In this document: one piece after another, positions 9,519-19,542 of the stretch
Position numbering within the stretch: position 1 is the first letter of the stretch
Layout: each line of letters starts with the position of its first letter
Source: Deinococcales bacterium
GTDB lineage: Bacteria > Deinococcota > Deinococci > Deinococcales > JAAFIG01
Direction: 5' to 3'
Assembly (NCBI GenBank): GCA_031414595.1
Contig: JANNVX010000098.1
Location: 96,001-160,000 of the forward strand
Length of the DNA: 64,000 nt
Translations under genes and position numbers: made by a program
The notes under the pieces: generated by a model
What the model saw: the letters and a program-made list of their open reading frames with translations, nothing else
Told to the model about the DNA's origin: nothing
The model's database searches: none

Positions 9519-10730
9519 TTAAACCAAATTGCCAACATCCAATTCCCCAGAAAGCAACTTAGGAAGCAATGAATCTCGAGTCGTAGAAAGTCGTACAGAC
9601 TCCAAGCGATTTTCAAGGGACTTCTCATATAAAGGCTGAACAGCTTCTGAAAACCTAAATGCTATCTCTGGTGACGGAACAATGATTTCTGCTTGTAGTA
9701 CATCGTTAGGTCTTGCACGTTGATGACTTTTGGATGTTCCTGTAACTTTTGACGCAAAGATACCTGTGAAAAAATCAGAATTTAAGATGCCATGGACAAA
9801 GAATTTTACCTGCAAATCTCGAGGCATCACAACTAAAAATTCTGTTGAGGCAATAGCGCGACGTTCAGGGTGAATAACAGTCAACCAAACTCGAGGGGTT
9901 TCTGGATTTAATTTCGATACAAGAATAGAATCTGACTGAACCATAAATTTATTACTAAGAATAGACACGCCTAAGTCTTGCATTGGTATTTGTCCAGCAT
10001 CAAAAGCAGGTAAACTAAAATGATCAAAAAGCTCATCTGGAAAAGCCTGCGGGGTCAGTGTTGCTTTTGACAATGTAATAAACTTCTCAAGTGTTCCAAC
10101 CTCCCAGCCTTCTGGAATTTCGCCCATGCTCGAGCTAACAAAAGCACTTGGAAATAACGCTGCCGTAGCCGCATCCACACCCTTTGGCTCGAGACCAAGC
10201 GCTTTGGCTCTGACCACATCAAAATTCACAAACCAAGATTTGAAAAGCGTTTGTGCCATTGCCTCGAGTGTTGCGTTGGTACGGCGGTTCAGTTCGATTT
10301 TATCATCTAAAGCCCCGAGGATGAAAGCGATTTTCTTTTGGGTCTCGAGGGGTGGGAGGTAAACTTTATAAAGATGGACATGATTCCGATTGATTCCAGG
10401 AACGCTGCTTTTGTCATTGAATTGTTGGAAGTCCAATGTTTTCAAAAGATAGTAAACAAAGTGTGGTTCGTTACCATGAAAATCTTTCACCCATAAAGTT
10501 GTGTTCAAAGGAAAGAAATCTTCTTCAATAAAAAATACTTGACCAATTGTTCCGTATCGTCCTGTAACAACACCAGGAGCAGTAACTCGAGCTTCATTAT
10601 GTGTATCTGTTTTACCAGAAGAAGAAATTATCGGAATATTCCCCAACTTTCGATTCTGCTGTGGTAAATCAAAACCTCTTTGTAAAGTCGCAACTTCACC
10701 AAGTGTTATCTCGAGCCAATCCGCATTCAT
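9519..10730 (-). CDS. hsdS: Type I R-M specificity subunit
   Basis: Two TRDs; conserved LPPLETQKKIAFILGALDDKIELNRRTNATLEAMAQTLFKSWFV, GEIPEGW and RDSLLPKLLSGEL. Confidence 0.95.
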   Translation of the reverse strand: MNADWLEITLGEVATLQRGFDLPQQNRKLGNIPIISSSGKTDTHNEARVTAPGVVTGRYGTIGQVFFIEEDFFPLNTTLWVKDFHGNEPHFVYYLLKTLDFQQFNDKSSVPGINRNHVHLYKVYLPPLETQKKIAFILGALDDKIELNRRTNATLEAMAQTLFKSWFVNFDVVRAKALGLEPKGVDAATAALFPSAFVSSSMGEIPEGWEVGTLEKFITLSKATLTPQAFPDELFDHFSLPAFDAGQIPMQDLGVSILSNKFMVQSDSILVSKLNPETPRVWLTVIHPERRAIASTEFLVVMPRDLQVKFFVHGILNSDFFTGIFASKVTGTSKSHQRARPNDVLQAEIIVPSPEIAFRFSEAVQPLYEKSLENRLESVRLSTTRDSLLPKLLSGELDVGNLV

Positions 10731-10763
10731 GTCTTCGCCTTGTCTCGAGCAGGTAAAAAATAA

Positions 10764-11468
10764 TTACCGCACATGAAAATCCACTCCCAATTTTACCAAT
10801 GCTGCTTCAACACCAATTACACCCCGCGTCTCGAGCCATTTTGTGGGGTTGTTGCGGATGTACCGCGCAATATTCCCAAACATCAGGTCATCACGCACAA
10901 TGACCTCATAATAATTACGTTGCCAAAAACGAACCCCAGAACGCCCCAAATGTTTATTTACCCCGATTGCCGAAATGGATTTGAACGCCCGTATAATTTC
11001 CGATAACGATGCGTGTTTTGTTTTGGTTGTCGTACTGGTTGGGGCGCTGGTTGGGGCGCTGCTTGCCGCGCCCTGCCCTTGACCCTGCCCTTTTAATCCC
11101 GCGTTAATGGGCGCAGCGAGCAGCGCCCCTACTACGGGATTTTGGTCATGGTCACGAACGGGATTTTGGTCATGGTCGTGTATGGGATTTTTGGGATTTG
11201 CCGGGTTGATGATAATAATGCCGTGTACATGGTCGGGCATGATCATAAATTCGTCGGTTTGGATATTAAATCGGTTTGGTAATTCGTTCCATGTGTTTTG
11301 GATAATTTGTCCTATTTCGGTTGGGTTTGCTGTGTTGTTTTGTATGATACTCAAAGTATCGTCGCGGTGTTCGGTACAAATCGTAATGAAGTACGCGCCA
11401 CTCGAGGTGTAGTCGTAGTTTTTTAGTCGAATACTTTGTCGGTGGCGCTTATTTGGGTTGTAGGGCAT
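10764..11468 (-). mobile_element. REP-associated tyrosine transposase (RAYT, Y1 HUH family)
   Basis: RQSIRLKNYDY..GAYFITICT, MPDHVHGII (HUH) and FWQRNYYEVIVR..IARYIRNNP. Overlaps the hsdM stop. Confidence 0.9.
11053..11132. repeat. Inverted pair of GTAG-type REP sequences inside the RAYT ORF
   Basis: Minus strand GTAGGGGCGCTGCTCGCTGCGCCC ... GGGCGCGGCAAGCAGCGCCCC, translated in frame as VGALLAAP...GAASSAPT. Confidence 0.75.
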
Positions 11469-13023
11469 AGCCTAGTTTCTCCAAGTTGGTTTTTATTTGT
11501 TGCTCGAGTATTGCGCTTTGTGCAAATTGGCTGTGTAAGTCTTGGGTTAGTCGTTGCATTTTCTGCTCGAAAGGTTCGCTGTCTGGTTCTTGGGCTTCGA
11601 TGCCAACGTACCGTCCGGGGGTTAGGACGTATCCGTGGGTTTTGATTTCTTCTAGGTTGGCACTTTTGCAGTATCCGGCTTGGTCGGTGTATTGCCCGTG
11701 TCCGTCGCCGCGCCAGTTGTGGTAGGTGCTGGCGATTTGGGCAATGTCTGTGTCGGTAAAGTTGCGGTTGACCCTTGTTTCCATAAACCCAAGTTTTCGG
11801 GCATCTATAAAAAGGGTATGACCGCTTCGGTCACGCAAGGAGCGCCCCTCGAGTCCTCGTCCGTTTTTCTTGTTACGGGCGATAAACCATAAAGCTACGG
11901 GGATTTGAGTGGTGTAAAAAAGCTGTCCGGGCATGGAAACAATGCAGTCCACAAGGTCGGCTTCAATAATTCTCTGGCGGATGTCACCTTCGCCGCTCGA
12001 GTTACTGCTGAGCGAACCGTTAGCAAGCACAAATCCTGCAATCCCATTTGGAGCAAGGTGATAAATCATATGCTGCATCCATGCGTAATTGGCGTTGCTG
12101 TTAGGAGGTGTACCGTGTTGCCAGCGTCCGTCTTCTCGCAAGTTTTCGCCGCCCCAATCAGAAATGTTAAAGGGTGGGTTCGCCAGAATATAATCGGCGC
12201 GTAAATCTGGGTGCTGGTTGTTGTGGAAAGTATCGGCGTTTTGTGTGCCTAGATTTGCCTCGAGTCCGCGAATGGCAAGGTTCATTTTGGCAAGTTTCCA
12301 AGTGGTGGGGTTGCTTTCTTGTCCGTAAATACTGACATCGCCAATTTTTCCACCGTGGGCTTCGACGAACTTTTCGCTACTGACAAACATTCCGCCCGAG
12401 CCACAAGCAGGGTCATAGATTCGTCCTTTGTAGGGTGCAAGCATTTCAACAATCACCCGTACTACGCTGGTGGGGGTGTAGAATTCTCCACCGAGTTTAC
12501 CTTCGGCACTGGCAAATTTGGATAGAAAGTATTCGTAGACTCGCCCAAGCATATCTTTGCTCGAGTTTTTCTGATTTTGCCCAGCTTCGGCACTTGCCAT
12601 TTTCAGGTCACTAAATTTGTCTATCAGTTCACCGAGTTTGGTTTTGTCTAGGGTTGGTCGGGCAAAATCTTTGGGTAGTACACCTTTTAACTGCTTGGGA
12701 TTTTCGTTCTCGAGCAATTCCATGGCTTGGTCTATCAGTGTTCCAATTTTAGAATCCTTAGCGTTTTCTTGTAAGTAAATCCATCGTGCTTTGGGCGGAA
12801 CCCAAAAAATGCCTTCGGCGGCGTATTCGTCTCGGTCTTCGGCGGCTTCTATGCCAAATTCTTGTTTGATGCGCTCAAACTGTCCTGTGAAGGCATCTGA
12901 AATGTATTTTAGGAAAATGAGTCCGAGTACGATGTGTTTGTATTCGGCTGCGTCCATATGACCGCGTAGTTTATCGGCGGCTGCCCAAAGAATACTTTCA
13001 AACTGCCTGTTGGTGGTTTCCAT
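11449..13023 (-). CDS. hsdM: Type I R-M methyltransferase subunit
   Basis: [25 protein letters not shown] and ANPPFN (N6-adenine MTase). Confidence 0.97.
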   Translation of the reverse strand: METTNRQFESILWAAADKLRGHMDAAEYKHIVLGLIFLKYISDAFTGQFERIKQEFGIEAAEDRDEYAAEGIFWVPPKARWIYLQENAKDSKIGTLIDQAMELLENENPKQLKGVLPKDFARPTLDKTKLGELIDKFSDLKMASAEAGQNQKNSSKDMLGRVYEYFLSKFASAEGKLGGEFYTPTSVVRVIVEMLAPYKGRIYDPACGSGGMFVSSEKFVEAHGGKIGDVSIYGQESNPTTWKLAKMNLAIRGLEANLGTQNADTFHNNQHPDLRADYILANPPFNISDWGGENLREDGRWQHGTPPNSNANYAWMQHMIYHLAPNGIAGFVLANGSLSSNSSGEGDIRQRIIEADLVDCIVSMPGQLFYTTQIPVALWFIARNKKNGRGLEGRSLRDRSGHTLFIDARKLGFMETRVNRNFTDTDIAQIASTYHNWRGDGHGQYTDQAGYCKSANLEEIKTHGYVLTPGRYVGIEAQEPDSEPFEQKMQRLTQDLHSQFAQSAILEQQIKTNLEKLGYALQPK

Positions 13024-13042
13024 GTGTAGGCATTATGACAGA

Positions 13043-13666
13043 TTAAAACAGCTTGGTTTGCTCAATCTCGAGCGAGACTTCTTTTTTATCGGGCAGTTGC
13101 TCTAATTTCTCTTTGACTGCCTTTATATCTTGCCATGTCAGCCATTTAGGTCCACCAGTAGTTCGTACTGCGTTGCGTAATAAATAGGCTGGGTGAAACA
13201 TCGGCATTAGGGGTATCGGGATGCTGAGTCTCTTAAACTCCGTCCAAATCCCTCGGGTTTTGGTGATGCCTAGGGTTGTCCCTAGCGCCCATTGGGTCGG
13301 AACATTGCCAAGCGTGATGATGATTTTCGGCTGAATAAGCCGAATCTGCTCGAGTAACCAATCTTCACAAGCAATGATTTCGTCTGGTTCTGGGTTACGG
13401 TTGTTTGGTGGTCGGCATTTGACTACATTGGCGATGTACACTTCTTCTCGAGCAATGCCGACTGCTGCTAATATCTGGTCTAAGAGTTGCCCAGCTTGTC
13501 CAACAAATGGCTTTCCTATGCGGTCTTCTTCTTGTCCAGGTCCTTCGCCAATCAGAATAAGCCGCGCATTTAGATTACCGACACCAAAAACAACTTGTGT
13601 GCGGGTGTTTGCTAGTTTACAAGCGGTGCAAGTGCTGCAAGTATTCTTTAACTCCTCGAGATTCAT
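13043..13666 (-). CDS. Uracil-DNA glycosylase, family 4 (4Fe-4S)
   Basis: CTAC, GEGPG..ED..G.PFVG.AG, VKCRPP.NR and HPAYLLR. Confidence 0.93.
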   Translation of the reverse strand: MNLEELKNTCSTCTACKLANTRTQVVFGVGNLNARLILIGEGPGQEEDRIGKPFVGQAGQLLDQILAAVGIAREEVYIANVVKCRPPNNRNPEPDEIIACEDWLLEQIRLIQPKIIITLGNVPTQWALGTTLGITKTRGIWTEFKRLSIPIPLMPMFHPAYLLRNAVRTTGGPKWLTWQDIKAVKEKLEQLPDKKEVSLEIEQTKLF

Positions 13667-14406
13667 CGGTTAATCTCCTCGATTTGCACAATTTCCAAAT
13701 GCCAAAGTTTAAGTTGCTTGGCTCGAGCAATGGCTTTTTTGGTTTCTCTGGCACGAATTGCCTTCATAAAATTTGGGTCATGGGCAAGGCTGGTTAAGAC
13801 CCAGTAATCGCCCCAGATTTCTAAGCCCCATTCTTGGCGCATGACTTGACTGGCGGTTTGCCAAATATGTTCGCCCATTTCCTCGAGCGGCGCGATATAG
13901 TGGCTTGTGCCGTCGGTGACAGAATTGGCTTTAATTTGGCGCTGAAATGCTTGAGTTTCTGGTTTGCTCATCTGCTCGAGTGTACCAACTTTACAATAAT
14001 GCGAATCAAAGGCACTGTAGGTGTCGCGGCATCGGGCTGGACGGGCTTCATAGGCAGTACAGTTACCCGTGGTTTGGTCTAGGAGCGGACAAAAACCGAC
14101 CTGTGTGCGGTGCTGCCAAAAATAGGTATCCCAACTCGAGGCATTCTGGGCATTTTTAATCACTCGGGTTGCGTGTGACTGCATGGCTACCAGTTGTGCT
14201 GGACTGAGTAAATGAGCCGTATACACAGCTTCGGCAAGACTGATTTGAATCGGGAAATTACAGCAATTGGCGCATCCAGCCCGGCAAAAGACTTGCCCGC
14301 CTTGGCTGGTAAACCCTTTTATCCACTTGTTAGATTGGGTTTCGTAACTTGCATAAGCCTTGGCGAGGCTCGAGATGATAGGTTGGTCAGAAGCGCTGAG
14401 TGACAT
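13663..14406 (-). CDS. YkgJ family cysteine-cluster protein
   Basis: CRAGCANCC ... CPLLD...CTAYEARPARCR. Confidence 0.85.
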   Translation of the reverse strand: MSLSASDQPIISSLAKAYASYETQSNKWIKGFTSQGGQVFCRAGCANCCNFPIQISLAEAVYTAHLLSPAQLVAMQSHATRVIKNAQNASSWDTYFWQHRTQVGFCPLLDQTTGNCTAYEARPARCRDTYSAFDSHYCKVGTLEQMSKPETQAFQRQIKANSVTDGTSHYIAPLEEMGEHIWQTASQVMRQEWGLEIWGDYWVLTSLAHDPNFMKAIRARETKKAIARAKQLKLWHLEIVQIEEINR

Positions 14407-14509
14407 CTACCGATTAGCATAACGCCTACAACGCTCAAAAGAGGGCAGTCTAAATTTTTTACCGCTCGAGACTTGAACATCATCACACACAAGCAGTTAC
14501 AATAGACCC

Positions 14510-15034
14510 GTGAATAAGAATTTAATCGGAATCCTTGTCGGTATTGGCATTTTGTTACTCGGCGCAATTTGGGTCAGCCGTAATCCAGTCGCAAGCTCGA
14601 GTAACCCCTCTAGCCCCACAGAAACACCCACACCAGCCTCAACCCCTGCTGCCAGTGCCATGTGTACCAATAAGCCAGCCGCCAACACCAGCTTAAAAGA
14701 CGCGGATGTCAAAGAACTTAAAAAAGAAGATGTCAAAATCGGTACGGGCGCAGAAGCTGTAGCTGGTAAAACCGTGGTGGTCAATTACATTGGGCGCTTA
14801 GTGAGCGGTAAACAATTTGACGCTTCATGTGACCGTGGACAACCCTTTGACTTTGTACTTGGCACAGGTGGTGTAATCCAAGGCTGGGATCAAGGTGTAG
14901 CCGGCATGAAAATTGGTGGTCAACGCCGCCTGATTATCCCCTCGAGCCTAGGTTACGGTGAAAATGGGGCTGGCGCAGATATTCTACCAAATGCGGCTTT
15001 GATTTTTGATGTTGAACTGCTCGAGGTACGCTAA
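14510..15034 (+). CDS. FKBP-type peptidyl-prolyl cis-trans isomerase
   Basis: N-terminal anchor; VIQGWDQGVAGMKIGGQRRLIIPSSLGYG and LIFDVELL. Confidence 0.95.
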   Translation: MNKNLIGILVGIGILLLGAIWVSRNPVASSSNPSSPTETPTPASTPAASAMCTNKPAANTSLKDADVKELKKEDVKIGTGAEAVAGKTVVVNYIGRLVSGKQFDASCDRGQPFDFVLGTGGVIQGWDQGVAGMKIGGQRRLIIPSSLGYGENGAGADILPNAALIFDVELLEVR

Positions 15035-15065
15035 ACTCATCCTGCTCGAGGTACGCTAAAACCTA

Positions 15066-15710
15066 CTATTTTATTCCCAGTTTCTCTTCGTATGCTTTGC
15101 GCCAACGCTCGGCAATTGGACTCGAGAGGGCGCGTTTCATATCCCGCTCGGAGGGTTTGGAGTAATGCCAGCGCATCAGTTCCATTAGGGTGACACTGCC
15201 ATTCATCCACGGTTGTAATGACACAGACTGCCCAACTTTTAAGATACCAGTCTCGAGGACACGGCAGTATGCACCGGGGCGTTCTGCTACGGCAAAATGC
15301 TTGACAAACGCGGTGTTTTCCATGCGTTGGGCTAACACATGACAGGGTATACGCGGGGCGGTGACTTCGAGAATAATCGGGTCATTTTCTGGATCGCCAA
15401 TAAAAATTCTGTCGCCAACGTGCAAATTGGCACTCTCAAAACCCGAAATGGTCAGGTTCTCACCAAACGTCCCCGGCTCGAGTTCACGACCAAGGGTGTC
15501 TATCCACCAATCATAATCTTGGGTGGTGTAAACATAGACAGCTTGGTCTGCACCGCCGTGATTTTTGCTGTCGGCAATGCAGTCTCCCTCGAGTCCCAAT
15601 TCGGTCAGAACAGCACTGTCTTTAGGGGTTTTATAAATTCCGGTGGTTAAACGCCGCTCCCCAATTTGCATTTCTTGGGCTAAGCCCACGTTGATACTGA
15701 CAATCTTCAC
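15066..15710 (-). CDS. MOSC domain protein (YiiM-like)
   Basis: HGGADQAV, FGENLT and PRIPC (catalytic Cys); C-terminal three-helix tail. Confidence 0.9.
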   Translation of the reverse strand: MKIVSINVGLAQEMQIGERRLTTGIYKTPKDSAVLTELGLEGDCIADSKNHGGADQAVYVYTTQDYDWWIDTLGRELEPGTFGENLTISGFESANLHVGDRIFIGDPENDPIILEVTAPRIPCHVLAQRMENTAFVKHFAVAERPGAYCRVLETGILKVGQSVSLQPWMNGSVTLMELMRWHYSKPSERDMKRALSSPIAERWRKAYEEKLGIK

Positions 15711-15768
15711 ATCTGGAGCATACAGAATTACAGGTGAGAAAAGATACGCTTAAATAGGGGATACACTT

Positions 15769-18150
15769 TTAGAGCCGAATCTCGAGCCGTTTCCAAGTGG
15801 CAGCCATTTCTAGGCTTAAAACCCCGTTTTCCAAATGATAATTTTTTGCCCCAGCCACACTTTGTAAATTGTCTATTTGATATAAAACAATGGTCTCGAT
15901 GGTGCGCTCTAAACTCAATAAACCAGTCACATGTTTCTCGAGAACCAAGACATTATTTAGAAGCTCCCCATCTAAAAAACTGTGCCGCGAAGCTCCGTAA
16001 CCGTCGCCAGCGTCTTCAAATAATTCGCCAAACATGGTCTCGGCAGGCAACAAATGCCAAGTTAAACTTGTCCAATTGGCGGTGGTGGTGTGCTTAGCTG
16101 CTTTCGTGACCGCCAAGGCTAGACCTTCACGTAAATAAAGCGGTATTTGCTCGAGTGGCGCATCTGAAATGGTGTAACCCGCTTCGAAAACTCTGCCTGC
16201 TTTCAAATCTGTAAACTCGAGCCAACGCCCTTTTGGAAGATAGGTCAGTTTTTTGCTGGTACTCGGTGTGACCACAGGCGAAACCAACAACCCATCGCCA
16301 AACATAAATTGGTGATTGGCTCGCAAACAGTCTGGGTCGCTTGGACTGAGCATGATTAACGGACGCATGACTGGTAAGCCGTTCTGACTGGCGGTGTGCA
16401 TCAAGGTGTACAGTGTTGGTAGTAGGCGATAACGCATCTCGAGGGCAGCCCGTGCCAGACTTAAAAACGGTTCGCCAAAACGCCACGGTTCTTGCATGGT
16501 TGTGCCTTTGGCGCTGTGGTTACGCATTAAAGGATAAAACGCGCCTAGCTGATACCAACGGGCTAATAATTCGCCGTTAGCATTGGCGGCAAAGCCCGGA
16601 ATATCTGCGCCCGTAAACGCCACGCCACTTAAACCCAGCCCAAGCAACATCGGGATACTAAACGCCAAATGTTCCCAATACGAAGAATTATCACCCGTCC
16701 AAACTGCGCTGTAGCGTTGAATCCCAGCAAAACCGGCTCGGGTTAGCACAAAACCACGTTTGCCATCGCCAAAACGCTCTAAGGCATCTCGAGTGGCGGC
16801 GCACATCGTCAGCCCGTAGACATTGTGTACCTCGAGATGTCGCCGTGTGCCGTGGCGGGCATTGTACGGTAGGGTTTTGCCTTCGACCCTGCCAATCCCG
16901 TCAGATAAACTGCCATCATCGGTAAAGTTACTGGTGCGTTGCAAAGAAAAGCTGCTTGGTTCGTTCATGTCATTCCAAAAACCCGCAATTCCCGTCTCGA
17001 GCATATCTTGGTGCAAATCCGCCCACCAGTTCTGAACTTCACTTCGAGTAAAATCTGGAAAGACAGCCGGCTTGGGCCAGACTTCACCAATTAAAGTTTC
17101 GCCGCGTTCAAAACGCACCAAGTAATCGCTTGCTAGTGCCTCTTCAAAAACTTTGTAACCTGCCTCGAGTTTAATCCCGGGGTCTATAATAGGCACGAGT
17201 TTAACGCCTTCAAGCGCAGCCTCCTGACACAGTTGTTTGGGATTTGGATAACGGCTTTTATCCCATGTAAAGACCTTAAATCCGTCTTGGTAATCAATGT
17301 CGGTACTGACCACATCAAGCGGTAAATTGTGGTGCTTGTAGGCTGCAATCACTGCCCGAACATCGTTTTCGTTTTCGTAACCCCAACGCGACTGCTGTGC
17401 GCCCAATGCCCAAAGCGGTGCGAGTGGTTGCCGCCCTGTCAGGGCTGTGTAACGCTCGAGAACAGTTTTTATGCTTGAACCAGCAATCAGATAACAATCG
17501 AGTTCTGCACCACTGCTCGACCAGATTAAGCGCTCAGGGTTTGATGATGCGACATCACATTCAGTGCGCCACGATTCATCTAAGAAAAAACCCCATGCCA
17601 GACCATCTCGTAAACCAATAAAAAACGGAATACTCTGATACATCGGGTCGGTGTCTGGATGGTGCGGCACAACATCGGTATTCCAAAAGGTCAGGTGCAT
17701 GCCGCGTTTATCCAGCCCGCCAACCTTTTCGCCAAAACCAAGGTAGGCTTCGCCGCTAGGCGCACGCAACTCGAGACTGCTCGAGAATGAATCATTGGGA
17801 AAAGCCTGAGTTGCACTGCCTCGAGCCTCAAAACCACGGCACAGCAACCTTGAATCGGCATCAAAGAACTTCCATTCACCACTTGGCATGTCCAACTCAA
17901 AATGCACCCCACCAGCCTCGAGTGACAAAATTCCATCCTCGAGCATTGTATCTATTGGCAGGCTACTTTTATGGATGACGGCGAACGAATCTTTATTGGG
18001 CAAATACGGAAAAACCAGACTCGAGACCCGAGCAACCGAGGCAAAACGCGCTCGAATTACGCCTTCTAGTGGGGCGGATAACTCGAGGGTGGCGTTGTGC
18101 GACCAGAGTCTAGCAAGATGTGCCGTAAAATCATGATTTGAAAAGGACAT
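15769..18150 (-). CDS. Alpha-glucosidase, glycoside hydrolase family 31
   Basis: WNDMNEPS nucleophile motif, WTGDN, GADIPGF and RNHS; start set at ATG 18150. Confidence 0.93.
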   Translation of the reverse strand: MSFSNHDFTAHLARLWSHNATLELSAPLEGVIRARFASVARVSSLVFPYLPNKDSFAVIHKSSLPIDTMLEDGILSLEAGGVHFELDMPSGEWKFFDADSRLLCRGFEARGSATQAFPNDSFSSSLELRAPSGEAYLGFGEKVGGLDKRGMHLTFWNTDVVPHHPDTDPMYQSIPFFIGLRDGLAWGFFLDESWRTECDVASSNPERLIWSSSGAELDCYLIAGSSIKTVLERYTALTGRQPLAPLWALGAQQSRWGYENENDVRAVIAAYKHHNLPLDVVSTDIDYQDGFKVFTWDKSRYPNPKQLCQEAALEGVKLVPIIDPGIKLEAGYKVFEEALASDYLVRFERGETLIGEVWPKPAVFPDFTRSEVQNWWADLHQDMLETGIAGFWNDMNEPSSFSLQRTSNFTDDGSLSDGIGRVEGKTLPYNARHGTRRHLEVHNVYGLTMCAATRDALERFGDGKRGFVLTRAGFAGIQRYSAVWTGDNSSYWEHLAFSIPMLLGLGLSGVAFTGADIPGFAANANGELLARWYQLGAFYPLMRNHSAKGTTMQEPWRFGEPFLSLARAALEMRYRLLPTLYTLMHTASQNGLPVMRPLIMLSPSDPDCLRANHQFMFGDGLLVSPVVTPSTSKKLTYLPKGRWLEFTDLKAGRVFEAGYTISDAPLEQIPLYLREGLALAVTKAAKHTTTANWTSLTWHLLPAETMFGELFEDAGDGYGASRHSFLDGELLNNVLVLEKHVTGLLSLERTIETIVLYQIDNLQSVAGAKNYHLENGVLSLEMAATWKRLEIRL

Positions 18151-18212
18151 AAAGCAGTCTAACAAATTAGGACTTGGCAACCTTCCAATCGGCAGTATTT
18201 TTAGGCTTAAAA

Positions 18213-19469
18213 TCAAATACCATCTTGTGCAGATGTCGCTGCTCTCATAACACAACGATAATCATTGACATTTGTTCCGGTTGGACCAACTACTACCAAA
18301 TCACCTAATGCCGAAAAAAACGAATAAGCATCATTATTCTCGAGCATCGCCTCTGGGTTTAAGCCAAGTCGGGCGGCACGCTCGAGTGAATCTGGTGTAA
18401 GGATTGCTCCGGCTGCTTGGGTCACACCGTCAAGACCATCGGTATCACAGGCAATCGCATAAAGGTTTGGCGCACCTTGAAGCTCGAGTGCCAGAGCCAG
18501 CAGGAATTCGCAATTTCGCCCACCTCGTCCTGTGCCACGCACCGTCACCGTCGTTTCTCCACCAGACAAAAAAGCCGTGCCAGACTCGAGGGTACGGGCT
18601 TTTTTGGCATGTAATTGGGCAGCGATTCTGGCTTCGCCAGTGATTGCGTCAGACCAGATTTGGGTTTCTATCTTGTGTTCTTGCAACACATTTTTTGCGG
18701 CTTCTAAGGCAGTTAAATTGGTGACAATCAAATGATTTTGGACTCGAGATGGATGATTGGCTTTTGGCGTTTCGTAGTCGGTCTGTTCTAAATACCGAAG
18801 GGCGGCTGGAGAACTGATTTTGAAACGTTTCAGGACGTTGATGGCATCTTGGATGGTACTGGGGTCTGGTACAGTTGGACCACTGGCAATGGTGGAGAGG
18901 TCATCACCAACCACATCGGAGACAATCAGCGAAACCACCCTTGCAGGGGCAGCCGCCAGCGCTAAGCGTCCACCTTTAAGTTGCGAAAGGTGCTTACGGA
19001 CAATGTTCATCTCGCCAATCTCTGCGCCTGAATCGAGGAGTTGTTGGTTGATTCGCCGTTTTTCTTCTAAGGTCACACCATTTGGCGCAACCATTAAAGC
19101 CGAACCACCACCAGAAAGTAAAACAATCACCAAATCATCGCTCGAGAGATGGCTGACTGTTTTAAGGATTCGCTTTCCAGCTTGTTGGCTGGCTGCATCT
19201 GGCACAGGATGGCTTGCCTCGAGCAGCACAATTTGTCTGGGTTGGACAATCGCGTGACCATAACGGGTCACGACCACACCACTTAAATCAGTTTCCCAAG
19301 ACTCCTCGAGTGCCTTTGCCATACTTGCGGCAGCTTTACCGCCACCAACCACGATGGTTCGACCTTTGGGGACAAGAATGGTTTGGGCTGCGTCACGCAC
19401 AGCTTGGTCTGGCAAAGCCGCCTTGACTGCCACCGCAAAGGAACTGAGTAATTGGTCTCGAGGGGTCAT
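18213..19469 (-). CDS. Glycerate kinase type 2 (TtuD/MOFRL family)
   Basis: GGGKAA, SGGGSAL, SDVVGDD..IASGPT, GGETTV, GRGGRN and PTGTNVND; start approximate. Confidence 0.92.
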   Translation of the reverse strand: MTPRDQLLSSFAVAVKAALPDQAVRDAAQTILVPKGRTIVVGGGKAAASMAKALEESWETDLSGVVVTRYGHAIVQPRQIVLLEASHPVPDAASQQAGKRILKTVSHLSSDDLVIVLLSGGGSALMVAPNGVTLEEKRRINQQLLDSGAEIGEMNIVRKHLSQLKGGRLALAAAPARVVSLIVSDVVGDDLSTIASGPTVPDPSTIQDAINVLKRFKISSPAALRYLEQTDYETPKANHPSRVQNHLIVTNLTALEAAKNVLQEHKIETQIWSDAITGEARIAAQLHAKKARTLESGTAFLSGGETTVTVRGTGRGGRNCEFLLALALELQGAPNLYAIACDTDGLDGVTQAAGAILTPDSLERAARLGLNPEAMLENNDAYSFFSALGDLVVVGPTGTNVNDYRCVMRAATSAQDGI

Positions 19470-19542
19470 GCCATCACCCATTATGCCACGCCCTAGGTAC
19501 TGGCTCGAGCCAATCGTCAATTTCAAAACGGACTTATTTTAA

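Noticed and set aside
9519-10730. Phase-variable hsdS shufflon
   Set aside because: Only one full hsdS, no invertase and no inverted repeats; the extra hsdS piece is a 75-bp direct-orientation tail with no TRD.
5100-13043. Prophage or integrative-element boundaries around the R-M locus
   Set aside because: No integrase, tRNA or flanking att repeats seen, and the locus carries host-like CTCGAG density.
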